In this document: piece after piece, positions 9,544 through 17,856 of the stretch
How positions within the stretch are numbered: the first letter of the stretch is position 1
Layout: every line of letters starts with the position of its first letter
NCBI GenBank assembly: GCA_020435295.1
Contig: JAGQZV010000001.1
Span: forward strand, 1-50,810
Length of the DNA: 50,810 nt
Reading direction: 5' to 3'
Source of the DNA: Bdellovibrionales bacterium
GTDB taxonomy: Bacteria > Bdellovibrionota > FAC87 > UBA2466 > JACKAF01
Program-made: the position numbers and the translations under genes
Notes under the pieces: generated by a model
Database searches by the model: none
What the model was told of the DNA's origin: nothing
What the model saw: only the letters and a program-made list of their open reading frames with translations

Positions 9544-9559
9544 AGCAACTTCCGTACCA
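9544..9559 (-). promoter_or_regulatory. sigma-54 (-24/-12) promoter candidate, TGGTAC-GGAAG-TTGCT
   Basis: The reverse complement of 9544-9559 reads TGGTACGGAAGTTGCT, with exact GG-N10-GC spacing. It lies about 140 nt upstream of the regulator start at 9403. Confidence 0.55.
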
Positions 9560-9755
9560 AGGGTGCCGTTTTTCGAAACGCTTGAAATCATAGGAAGTTC
9601 ATTTTTGAATACTGCCGGTGTGCTGATTAGCGCCTATCCGCGTGTGTGACAAATTTGGGCACCTTTTCGGGGGCGCTAAAAATTCGCTTTGGGATCGAGG
9701 ACTTACAAAAAGCGCAAAAGCCTTTACACATGTCTCAGTCTACAAGACCCCAAAA

Positions 9756-9851
9756 GTTCTAAAAGGTGCCTATCTACTTTTAGAACCCCCCAAGCGGATT
9801 CGACGACGTCGCTTATTATGGTTCCAAAAGTAGATAGGCACCTTTTAGAAC
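9756..9851. repeat. 96-bp palindromic element: two 31-bp inverted repeat units (30/31 identical) with a 34-bp spacer
   Basis: Unit 1 (9756-9786) is gttctaaaaggtgcctatctacttttagaac. Unit 2 (9821-9851) is gttccaaaagtagataggcaccttttagaac, which is the reverse complement of unit 1 with one mismatch. The spacer carries a nested palindrome, cgacg-a-cgtcg, at 9801-9811. Confidence 0.85.
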
Positions 9852-9897
9852 TAAAGTATTTCGCTTAACTGACCGATGCGGCGATCGGACTCGGCCT

Positions 9898-11424
9898 ATG
9901 ATGAATCCGAACGATAACAAATTGCGGGCACGCGAGGTTTTGGAGCGCGTGTTTGGTATTGATAGGCGGAGTTTGGCCGCACTACGAATTGGGGTGGGCA
10001 GTGCGGTGCTGGTAGACCTATTGACCAGAGCCCAAGATTTGGAAGCGCACTATACGGATTTTGGGGTGTTGCCCCGCTACGCGCTTTTGGACAAGTTTGC
10101 AAATCCCGCCCATCTGTCCTTGCACCTTGTGACGGGTTCTTGGGAAGGGCAGGCAACTCTGTTCCTTGTTAATGCGGTTATTGCGGTCGCGTTGGTTCTA
10201 GGTTACCGAACTCGCCTTGCTTCCGTCTTGACCTGGGTTTTTCTCGTTTCTTTGCAAAATCGTAACCCTGTAGTGCTAAATGCGGGGGATTTCGCGCTAC
10301 GGATGATTGCATTTTGGGGAATCTTTCTGCCTTGGGGCCGTTACTTTTCCTTAGATGCCGTAAGATTCGACCACCTACCGCCCGATCTAGCGCGCAAAGA
10401 GCTGTCACTGGCGACTGCAGCCTGCCTGCTCCAGGTCGGGATGATTTACGTCTTTACCGTGTTACTCAAAACCGGGGATGAATGGCGAGTGGACGGTACG
10501 GCCGTGTATTTTGCGATGTCACTTGACCAGTTCCAGTTACCGGCCGCCCGCTTTTTGCTTCAGTTCCCCACGCTCATGCGGTGGCTCACATTTGCGACCT
10601 TTTGGCTGGAGGCTCTGGTACCGCTCTCGCTATTTCTGCCTTGGGCCACTGGACGGTGGCGTGTGGTTGGCGTGCTCATGCTTTGGACGATGCACGCCAT
10701 GTTTTCACTGCACCTTCGAGTGGGCACTTTTTCGGTTGTTTGCATGGTGGCCCTCGTTGCCTTTGTACCGCCAGAGATGTGGGACTTTCTGGATCGGCGT
10801 CTTCCCCTATCGCGGGTGGCGAATGTCTGGAGCCGCTTGGCGGGACGCCTGCGCCTACGGCACGCTACAGAATTGCCTACCGCTCCCTGGTTAAGACGGT
10901 TCGATGGGACGGTTGTTCTTGCGGCGCTCATGTTTGTACTTTTCTGGAATGTGTCAACCTTGGATTCCAAACCGGTTCGTGTCCCAGCCTCCCTGGAAAC
11001 CGTAGCGCATACGCTTCGCCTCGATCAGAAGTGGGGGATGTTCGCACCTTTTCCCATCCGCGACGACGGTTGGTACGTGCTCCCGGGCCGCTTATTTAGC
11101 CATGCCTACACAGGCGCGGTGGTAGACATCTGGCGAAATGGGGCTCCGGTCGACTACCAAAAACCCAAGTGGGCTACGGATCTCTATCCCACATTTCGTT
11201 GGCGCAAATACATGCGACGCTTGTGGATGCTCGAGTACAAAGAACACCGCCTGTATTTTGGAAAGTACATTTGCCGCCATTGGAACCGCGAGCATGAGGG
11301 TGTGGACAAGCTAGAGAGCTTCGAGATCCTCTACATGAAAGAGAACACGCTGGATGATGGCGAGGCGCCACCGGTCCCCGTAAAGATCTGGTCTCATTGG
11401 TGCTACAAAAACTCGGTTAGTTAG
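9898..11424 (+). CDS. HTTM-domain (vitamin K-dependent gamma-carboxylase-like) integral membrane protein
   Basis: The N-terminal segment SLAALRIGVGSAVLVDLL... followed by multiple TM helices, and the C-terminal DQKWGMFAPFP...DGWY motif, are typical of HTTM family proteins. Confidence 0.7.
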   Translation: MMNPNDNKLRAREVLERVFGIDRRSLAALRIGVGSAVLVDLLTRAQDLEAHYTDFGVLPRYALLDKFANPAHLSLHLVTGSWEGQATLFLVNAVIAVALVLGYRTRLASVLTWVFLVSLQNRNPVVLNAGDFALRMIAFWGIFLPWGRYFSLDAVRFDHLPPDLARKELSLATAACLLQVGMIYVFTVLLKTGDEWRVDGTAVYFAMSLDQFQLPAARFLLQFPTLMRWLTFATFWLEALVPLSLFLPWATGRWRVVGVLMLWTMHAMFSLHLRVGTFSVVCMVALVAFVPPEMWDFLDRRLPLSRVANVWSRLAGRLRLRHATELPTAPWLRRFDGTVVLAALMFVLFWNVSTLDSKPVRVPASLETVAHTLRLDQKWGMFAPFPIRDDGWYVLPGRLFSHAYTGAVVDIWRNGAPVDYQKPKWATDLYPTFRWRKYMRRLWMLEYKEHRLYFGKYICRHWNREHEGVDKLESFEILYMKENTLDDGEAPPVPVKIWSHWCYKNSVS

Positions 11425-12412
11425 ACGTTCTTCCCTTTTCCACTTCAAAACACGCTACCCAGCGCCCTTCAGAAAGAGCGTCAAGGCTTGGGGCTTCTGT
11501 CTGGCATTTGTCGACAGCTAGCGGGCATCGGCTACTAAACGCGCACCCTTTTGGGGGATTCATAGGCGAAGGCAATTCTCCTGTTACGGCGATTCGCTTG
11601 CGGGTTCGTTCCAGTCTGGGATCGGGAATAGGGACGGCTGAGACAAGGGCCTGTGTATAGGGGTGCTGCGGCGCCTGGTAAAGCGACTGCCTGTCACCGA
11701 TTTCGACAATTTTTCCTAGGTACATCACCGCAATTCTGTCGGAAATGTATTTCACAACAGACAAGTTATGCGCGATGAAAATCATGGAGAGGCCCAGCCT
11801 GTCTTTGATCTCTTTAAGGAGATTTAGAATTTCAGCCTGTACCGACACATCCAGAGAGGACACCGGTTCGTCCGCGATCAGGATCTTGGGTTCCAGGACA
11901 AGCGCACGCGCGATGGCGATACGCTGGCGTTGTCCTCCAGAAAACTCGTGCGGGTATTTTTTCAGTGCGCGGTCGCGGAGGCTGACGTGGGCCAATGCCT
12001 GCCGGATTCGAAGGTCCATCTCCTTGCGGCTTAACTTGAGATGCGCCTGTAACGGTTCGCTTAAGATCTCTTGCACGGTCATTCTGGGATCTAGCGAGCC
12101 ATAAGGATCCTGGAAGATCATTTGAATATCGGTGCGCGCCCGTCGAAGCGCTTCACCTTTTAGCGCTAGAAAATCCACTCCGTTGATCTGGACGTGTCCG
12201 GCAGTCGGATTATTGAGGCGGATAATGGCCCGACCCAGAGAACTCTTTCCGCAACCAGATTCTCCCACGAGTCCTAGCGTTTCGCCCTTTGCCAGTTCAA
12301 TGGTGACACCATCGACAGCTTTAAGGTACTTGCGCTTGTTGAAATTGAGAAACCCTTTTCGTACTGGGTAGTGAACTTTAAGTCCTTGTACGGACAGAAC
12401 GGTGGTGTTCAT
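11417..12412 (-). CDS. oppF: oligopeptide/dipeptide ABC transporter ATP-binding protein
   Basis: Walker A GESGCGKSS, signature FSGGQRQRIAIAR, Walker B LIADEPVSSLD, and a C-terminal oligopeptide-type extension with Cys residues. ATG 12412 overlaps the oppD stop (ATGA). Confidence 0.9.
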   Translation of the reverse strand: MNTTVLSVQGLKVHYPVRKGFLNFNKRKYLKAVDGVTIELAKGETLGLVGESGCGKSSLGRAIIRLNNPTAGHVQINGVDFLALKGEALRRARTDIQMIFQDPYGSLDPRMTVQEILSEPLQAHLKLSRKEMDLRIRQALAHVSLRDRALKKYPHEFSGGQRQRIAIARALVLEPKILIADEPVSSLDVSVQAEILNLLKEIKDRLGLSMIFIAHNLSVVKYISDRIAVMYLGKIVEIGDRQSLYQAPQHPYTQALVSAVPIPDPRLERTRKRIAVTGELPSPMNPPKGCAFSSRCPLAVDKCQTEAPSLDALSEGRWVACFEVEKGRTSN

Positions 12413-13383
12413 TGCGGCAACTCCTTTAGGTGGCAATAGGATCGGTGGGAATCCGCAAACGTCTTAACCTCTGGGAAGATTTCTTTGCAGTCGTTTACTC
12501 GGACGGTGCATCGTTCAAAGAAGGGGCACCCTCCGGTCAGGCGCATTAGATCGGGCGGCGATCCGCCGATTGGTGGTAGAGATCCCACCTCCGTATCCAG
12601 GCGAGGGGTAGATCGCAGCAGTGCCGATGTGTACGGGTGTTGAGATCGATAAAAAATGTCTTCTGTTGTGCCGTACTCGAAGGCTTTTCCGGCGTACATC
12701 ACTAGCACGCGGTCTGACATGCCGGCGACTACACCCAGATCATGCGTAATCAAGATGATGGCCATGCCGGTTTCTTTTTGCAGTGCTTTTAGTAGGTCCA
12801 GGATTTGGGCCTGGACAGTAACATCCAAGGCGGTAGTGGGTTCATCTGCAATCAAAAGTTCGGGATCGGTAGTTAGCGCCATTGCGATCATTACGCGCTG
12901 GCGCATGCCGCCGGAAAATTCGTGAGGATAAGAATTCATTGCTGACTCGGCATCCGCGATTCCAACTTTTTCAAGGGACACCACCGCCTTGGCCCATGCT
13001 TCTTTCTTGGTTAGATTTCTGTGTCGTGTTAGTGGCTCGATGAGTTGAGTCCCTATTTTTAGATACGGGTTTAGGGAGGTCATTGGCTCTTGGAAGATCA
13101 TGCTAATCTTATTGCCCCGTACGCTGCGAAGTTCCGCGGGGCTAGCCTTGAGCAGGTCGAGCCCGCCAAAGAAAGCTTCTCCTGACTCTATCTTCAGGGG
13201 CGGAGTGGGAAGTAAGCCCAAGATGCTCAGCTGCGTAACGGACTTGCCACTGCCGCTTTCTCCCACAATACCTAATGTTTCTCCCTTTTCCAGACTGAAG
13301 CCGATGCCGTCTACCGCGCGGACTACGCCTCGGCGGGTGTGAAAATGTGCTTTTAGGTTGCGTACATCTAAGATGGGAGCCAT
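12409..13383 (-). CDS. oppD: oligopeptide/dipeptide ABC transporter ATP-binding protein
   Basis: Walker A GESGSGKS, signature [15 protein letters not shown], Walker [12 protein letters not shown], and an OppD-type C-terminal domain. Confidence 0.9.
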   Translation of the reverse strand: MAPILDVRNLKAHFHTRRGVVRAVDGIGFSLEKGETLGIVGESGSGKSVTQLSILGLLPTPPLKIESGEAFFGGLDLLKASPAELRSVRGNKISMIFQEPMTSLNPYLKIGTQLIEPLTRHRNLTKKEAWAKAVVSLEKVGIADAESAMNSYPHEFSGGMRQRVMIAMALTTDPELLIADEPTTALDVTVQAQILDLLKALQKETGMAIILITHDLGVVAGMSDRVLVMYAGKAFEYGTTEDIFYRSQHPYTSALLRSTPRLDTEVGSLPPIGGSPPDLMRLTGGCPFFERCTVRVNDCKEIFPEVKTFADSHRSYCHLKELPQ

Positions 13384-14303
13384 TAGTCCTTCGCTCCTTT
13401 CGGATCCAGGGCGTCTCTGAGTCCATCTCCGAGAAAGTTCAGCGAAAAAAGAGTCAAGCCCAGTGCTGTTGCGGGGAAAAGTAACACGGTCGAGCGAATT
13501 TCCATCACTTCGACTCCGTTAGAAATGAGCGTGCCCCAGGAGGCCATAGGGGCTTGTACGCCAAGGCCCAGAAAGCTTAGGAATGCCTCCTCCAAGATAA
13601 CGGTAGGTACTGTGAGGGTCATGAAGACGATGACTGGGCCCAAGCAATTAGGAATGAGGTGTTTGAAAATTATTGTACTTTTGCGAACCCCCATTGAGGT
13701 GGCAGCCTGAACAAATTCCTTCTCTTTCAGTGAAATGACTTGGCCCCGAACGATACGTGCCATCGTCAGCCATTGTGTCATTCCGAGTGCAACGAACAGC
13801 AGGTAGATGTTCCTCCCGAAATACACCATCAAGATGATGACTAGAAAAATAAAAGGAAGTGCGTAAAGTACGTCCACGATGCGCATCATCAGGCTATCGA
13901 CGCGCCCACCCAGGTAACCGGAAATGGCACCGTAGGTCACGCCTATGAGTACACTGACCAGAGAGGCAAGTATTCCTACCATCAGCGAAATGCGCCCGCC
14001 ATACAGGACCCGTGTAAACAAATCTCGCCCTAATGTATCGGTGCCGAACCAATGGGCCATTGAGGGGGCTTCGACCCACAACTCAAGGTTCTGGGCTTCG
14101 AAGGGGTACGGGGCGATCCACGGGGTGGCGATTGCAAGGAGTATTTCTAAAAGAAGAAACGTGCCCCCGATGACGGCCATCTTGTTCTTAAGTAAGCGCC
14201 GAAACGCATCCTTCCATAGGCTCACCCCACCCGTGTCTTCTTTCAGGTTGGTGTCCATGCTGAGATCGGTGCCGGTCATAGTAGTTGTTAAGGTATTACT
14301 CAT
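13383..14303 (-). CDS. oppC: oligopeptide ABC transporter permease
   Basis: Six-TM BPD-transport permease with an EAA-like loop (...EFVQAATSMGV...). It sits between oppB and oppD with overlapping stop/start codons. Confidence 0.9.
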   Translation of the reverse strand: MSNTLTTTMTGTDLSMDTNLKEDTGGVSLWKDAFRRLLKNKMAVIGGTFLLLEILLAIATPWIAPYPFEAQNLELWVEAPSMAHWFGTDTLGRDLFTRVLYGGRISLMVGILASLVSVLIGVTYGAISGYLGGRVDSLMMRIVDVLYALPFIFLVIILMVYFGRNIYLLFVALGMTQWLTMARIVRGQVISLKEKEFVQAATSMGVRKSTIIFKHLIPNCLGPVIVFMTLTVPTVILEEAFLSFLGLGVQAPMASWGTLISNGVEVMEIRSTVLLFPATALGLTLFSLNFLGDGLRDALDPKGAKD

Positions 14304-15216
14304 ATCGCACCCGCGGATCTAAGACAACGTAAAGGACGTCAACGATGAAGTTACAGACGAATATCAAAGTGAAATAGAGAAGAGCGGTTCCCATTACCAC
14401 TGTATAGTCACGATTCAAAGCGCTCTGTATGAAGAATCTCCCGAGCCCTGGAATATTGAAAATGGTTTCCGTTACGAGGGCCCCGGATAGCAGGCCTGCG
14501 AATGCTGGGCCGAGATAAGAAACCACCGGGAGCAGCCCCCCACGCAACGAGTGTTTTATAAGGATGGTGCTTTCTTTCAACCCTTTGGCTCTCGCGGTTC
14601 GGATAAAATCCTGATTGCGAATTTCCATAAGGCCCCCGCGGGTGAGGCGTGAAACGTATGCGGCGTACGCAAACCCCAAAGTGAGCGAAGGAAGAATTTT
14701 GCTTGGCCATTCATCCCAACCTGCAACGGGAAGCCACTCCATCCAAAGCCCGAATAGTAAGATAGAAAGAGGTCCAATAACGAACGTCGGCAGACAGATT
14801 CCCGCTATAGAAACAGACATGGGAATGTAATCAAAGAGAGAATTGGGTTTGAATGCCGCCATCCCTCCAGCGAATAACCCAATGAGAAGCGCCCACAATA
14901 ATGCGTAAGTCCCCAGTTCGAACGAAATAGGAAACGCCTCCGCGATGATCTCATTTACGGTGCGATTGGAATGCTTGAAGGACGGCCCGAGATCAAGGTG
15001 CGCGAGCGCTCCCAGGTACCGAAAGTACTGTTGATAAAGCGGTTCATCCAGATGGTACTTCTTGTTCAGGTTCTCCAGTATCTCTGGGGGGACTCGCCGC
15101 TCCTCATCGAAGGGCCCACCGGGTGCAAATCGGATGGTGAAAAACACTAGGGTCACCACGGCGAAAAACACCGGCACCATAGTAAGCACACGTTTAATTA
15201 AGTAACCCAGCCCCAT
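14296..15216 (-). CDS. oppB: oligopeptide ABC transporter permease
   Basis: N-terminus YLIKRVL..., DPRV near the C-terminus and an EAA loop (FIRTARAKGL), typical of OppB/DppB. Confidence 0.9.
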   Translation of the reverse strand: MGLGYLIKRVLTMVPVFFAVVTLVFFTIRFAPGGPFDEERRVPPEILENLNKKYHLDEPLYQQYFRYLGALAHLDLGPSFKHSNRTVNEIIAEAFPISFELGTYALLWALLIGLFAGGMAAFKPNSLFDYIPMSVSIAGICLPTFVIGPLSILLFGLWMEWLPVAGWDEWPSKILPSLTLGFAYAAYVSRLTRGGLMEIRNQDFIRTARAKGLKESTILIKHSLRGGLLPVVSYLGPAFAGLLSGALVTETIFNIPGLGRFFIQSALNRDYTVVMGTALLYFTLIFVCNFIVDVLYVVLDPRVRYE

Positions 15217-15243
15217 GTCTTTTGCCCCCTAAACTTGAGTTGT

Positions 15244-16857
15244 CTACTTTAGACTGACGAACTTCAACGGATGGTAGTCCATCACGTTTGGGTACCAGCC
15301 TGCGACTTTGGGATCCTTTAAGTACACACGGGTGTACGTATAAATTGGAACAATCGGCAGTTCTTCCATTAGGATATCCTCCAAACGTTGGAACATCTTC
15401 AAGCGTTTGGCTTGATCCGTTTCATGCTTCACGTCGCGAACCAACTTGTCGTATTCCTTGTTTGAGAAGCCTGTCTCGTTGTTTCCACCATTGGTGATGA
15501 ACATGTCCAGGAACGTGAGCGGATCGTTGTAATCGCCGATCCAACCAGCGCGCGCAATTTGGTAGTTGAGCGTCTGCATCGTGGCCAAATAGACCTTCCA
15601 CTCTTGATTAAAGAGCTTAACCTCGATGCCAAGATTCTTTTTCCACATTTGTTGAATCGCTTCTGCGATTGTTTTGTGGCTTTCCAAGGTGTTGTAGAGA
15701 ATCTCAATAGGAGGCAGGCCTTTGCCGTCCGGATAGCCCGCTTCTGTAAGCAGTTTCTTGGCCTCTGCAATGGTTTTAGGTGTGACCTTGGGAGGAAGCT
15801 TCCCTTCCGGTGTGAAACCGCCCGTTCCGGGAGGGGTGAAAGACAACGCGGGAATCTGGCCGGCGCGCGTAACGTGCTTGACGATATCCTCGCGATCGAT
15901 GGTCAGGTTGAGCGCCCGCCGTACCCGCTTGTCGGTGAGCGGTTTTTTCGTGACGTTCAGTCGGTAGTAGTACGTTCCCAAGTACGGGTGTTGCTGGTAC
16001 ACGTCTTTCTTACTGTGTTGCCAAAAAGGAATCTTGGGCAATGGTATTTCATTGGTAACGTGCAGTTCGCCCGCACGGAACATTTTTTCTTCCGTATCCG
16101 ACTTCTCGACTGGCCAGTAGTTTACTTTTGACAACTGAACCTTCGCGACATCCCAGTAGAGTGGGTTTCGTACTACCGTGAGCACTTTGTTTAGTTGCCA
16201 GCTTTCGAGCTTGAACGGGCCATTGGAAACAATGTTTTCTGGTCGCGTCCAGCGCTGCCCAAACTTTTCCACGGTCTTTTGGTGCACGGGGTAGAGGGAA
16301 TAGTGGTACAGGACCCCCAGGAAGAAGGGAGCCGGGGCTTCGAGTTCCACTTGCAGCGTGTGCGCGTCAACCGCTTTTACGCCGAGCTGCTTCAAATCCT
16401 TTATCTTCCCCTTGTTTATCGCCTCACCGTTCTTGATGTAGTAGCCCTGGTACGCATACTTAGCCGCGGTCTTGGGGTCCACCAACCGTCTCCAGGAATA
16501 AACAAAGTCGTTAGCGGTGACGTTTTCACCATTGGTCCATTTTGCGTCCTTGCGAATCTTGAATGTGTAAATTTTACCGTCCTTGGAAATCGTCCAGGAC
16601 TCGGCTTGAGCCGGAAGCGGTTCCAAAGTTTGTGGGTGCACCGTAACCAAACCCTCAAAGAGTTCGCTGATAATGTGGTGCTCGGGGACGCCAGACACGA
16701 TGTGAGGATCCAGATCCTGAACTTCGGTCCCGTTGCCCCAGTTCAGCACTTGCGGTGCGGGGCTCTGGGCGGAAAAACAAGCGACAGAAAATACCAAGGC
16801 GACCAAAACTCCAGCCGCTCTGAGTGATCGAAATTGGAAAGTGCCTCTAGTGCGCAT
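15244..16857 (-). CDS. oppA: oligopeptide-binding periplasmic protein (SBP family 5)
   Basis: Family-5 solute-binding architecture. ATG 16857 is preferred: a GGAGG Shine-Dalgarno lies 7 nt upstream, and a signal peptide MRTRGTFQFRSLRAAGVLVALVFSVACFSAQ follows. The ORF-track start at 16953 would swallow the promoter. Confidence 0.88.
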   Translation of the reverse strand: MRTRGTFQFRSLRAAGVLVALVFSVACFSAQSPAPQVLNWGNGTEVQDLDPHIVSGVPEHHIISELFEGLVTVHPQTLEPLPAQAESWTISKDGKIYTFKIRKDAKWTNGENVTANDFVYSWRRLVDPKTAAKYAYQGYYIKNGEAINKGKIKDLKQLGVKAVDAHTLQVELEAPAPFFLGVLYHYSLYPVHQKTVEKFGQRWTRPENIVSNGPFKLESWQLNKVLTVVRNPLYWDVAKVQLSKVNYWPVEKSDTEEKMFRAGELHVTNEIPLPKIPFWQHSKKDVYQQHPYLGTYYYRLNVTKKPLTDKRVRRALNLTIDREDIVKHVTRAGQIPALSFTPPGTGGFTPEGKLPPKVTPKTIAEAKKLLTEAGYPDGKGLPPIEILYNTLESHKTIAEAIQQMWKKNLGIEVKLFNQEWKVYLATMQTLNYQIARAGWIGDYNDPLTFLDMFITNGGNNETGFSNKEYDKLVRDVKHETDQAKRLKMFQRLEDILMEELPIVPIYTYTRVYLKDPKVAGWYPNVMDYHPLKFVSLK

Positions 16858-16920
16858 TGGATTCCTCCATCGTAAGTCCCCGTAAGCCTCAGTCCAACCA
16901 ACGGTGGTCTCTCGCATGAT

Positions 16921-16936
16921 TGCAAAGGGGTTGCCA
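16921..16936 (-). promoter_or_regulatory. sigma-54 (-24/-12) promoter candidate, TGGCAA-CCCCT-TTGCA
   Basis: The reverse complement of 16921-16936 reads TGGCAACCCCTTTGCA, with exact GG-N10-GC spacing. It lies 64 nt upstream of the oppA ATG at 16857. Confidence 0.55.
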
Positions 16937-17170
16937 AGAACGATTACCCCCACTCAATCTCAGAACAATCTGTATTGTCTACTGTGTCAAGCCGCATGCT
17001 CGGGCCGGGGCTTGGGGAGCTAACTGCTTAATATGAAAATGAATTAACTGGAGCCGTTGCCGAGCTGATGCGGTGCGTTGGGCCAGGAATCCAATAACCG
17101 GCCGAGGTAGACACCAGCTTTCGCAATGGGGCCTTTTGACACCGGTTCTAAAAAACGGTGCGGGTTGGGT

Positions 17171-17725
17171 CTACTCTGACCCCAGCAAGCCTTCTTTTAG
17201 TCCCGAGTTCGGGGGGTTGCCTATCCAAAGCCGCAGCAGTTGCGAATCAATCCCTGCGCCTTCGATTTTACCCAGCGCTTTTTCGTCCAACGAAACTTCC
17301 ACTTTGTCTTTCAGAAAGAGAAAACTCATCGACTGGCCATCTTTTACGGCGGTCATCATGGCATTCAAGTTGTCGAGGGCGGGAGTAAATCGCTCGCACT
17401 CTTTCTCGCAGTTGTTCTCAAATCCTGCTTTCCACGCTTTGGTGAGGTCGTTCTTGGAGACGGAGCGCACAAATCGCATCTGAATTTTTTTTGGGCCGTC
17501 GGCTTCCAGAAGTGTTTGGCTTGCTTTGGATTTTTTAGGAACGTAAAGCGCAGCGACGTAGACATCTACTTTAAAAATGGTCGCCTCCCGTATTCCAATT
17601 CCGTTTAGGGCGAGTGTTTTTCCCGAAACGGTGATCGTATCTGGAAAGTCTATTCCAGCCTTCTGTGCCGAGAACAGCGCGGCAAACGGAACAATCAGCC
17701 CAAAGACAATGGCGAAAGTACGCAT
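17171..17725 (-). CDS. chalcone isomerase-like (CHI-fold) secreted protein
   Basis: Signal peptide, then GKTLALNGIGIREATIFKVDVYVAALYV, the hallmark segment of bacterial chalcone-isomerase-like/fatty-acid-binding family proteins. Confidence 0.65.
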   Translation of the reverse strand: MRTFAIVFGLIVPFAALFSAQKAGIDFPDTITVSGKTLALNGIGIREATIFKVDVYVAALYVPKKSKASQTLLEADGPKKIQMRFVRSVSKNDLTKAWKAGFENNCEKECERFTPALDNLNAMMTAVKDGQSMSFLFLKDKVEVSLDEKALGKIEGAGIDSQLLRLWIGNPPNSGLKEGLLGSE

Positions 17726-17856
17726 CGGTCCCCTTTCTGTATTGCACTGTACCGTTACGACAGGGCAGGTTCCCTTGTAAACAAAGAAGAATAAACGTCT
17801 TTAATCGGATTCTTTAAAACATTTTGGGCCCTAATGGGTCTCTGAGGAGAGCTTCC

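Noticed and set aside
9642-9833. 63-aa ORF in the long intergenic region between the regulator and the HTTM gene.
   Set aside because: It runs straight through the 31-bp inverted repeat units and their spacer. It has no ribosome-binding site and an implausible composition. The palindromic DNA element explains the region better.
17144-17162. ggttctaaaaaacggtgcg upstream of the opp promoter as a second copy of the palindromic-element motif.
   Set aside because: Only a 9-mer plus 5-mer match with a 3-nt insertion, which is about what chance gives in 100 kb of two-strand sequence. It also forms a short hairpin that may simply be the end of the chalcone-isomerase-like gene transcript. It is mentioned in the finding but not counted as evidence.
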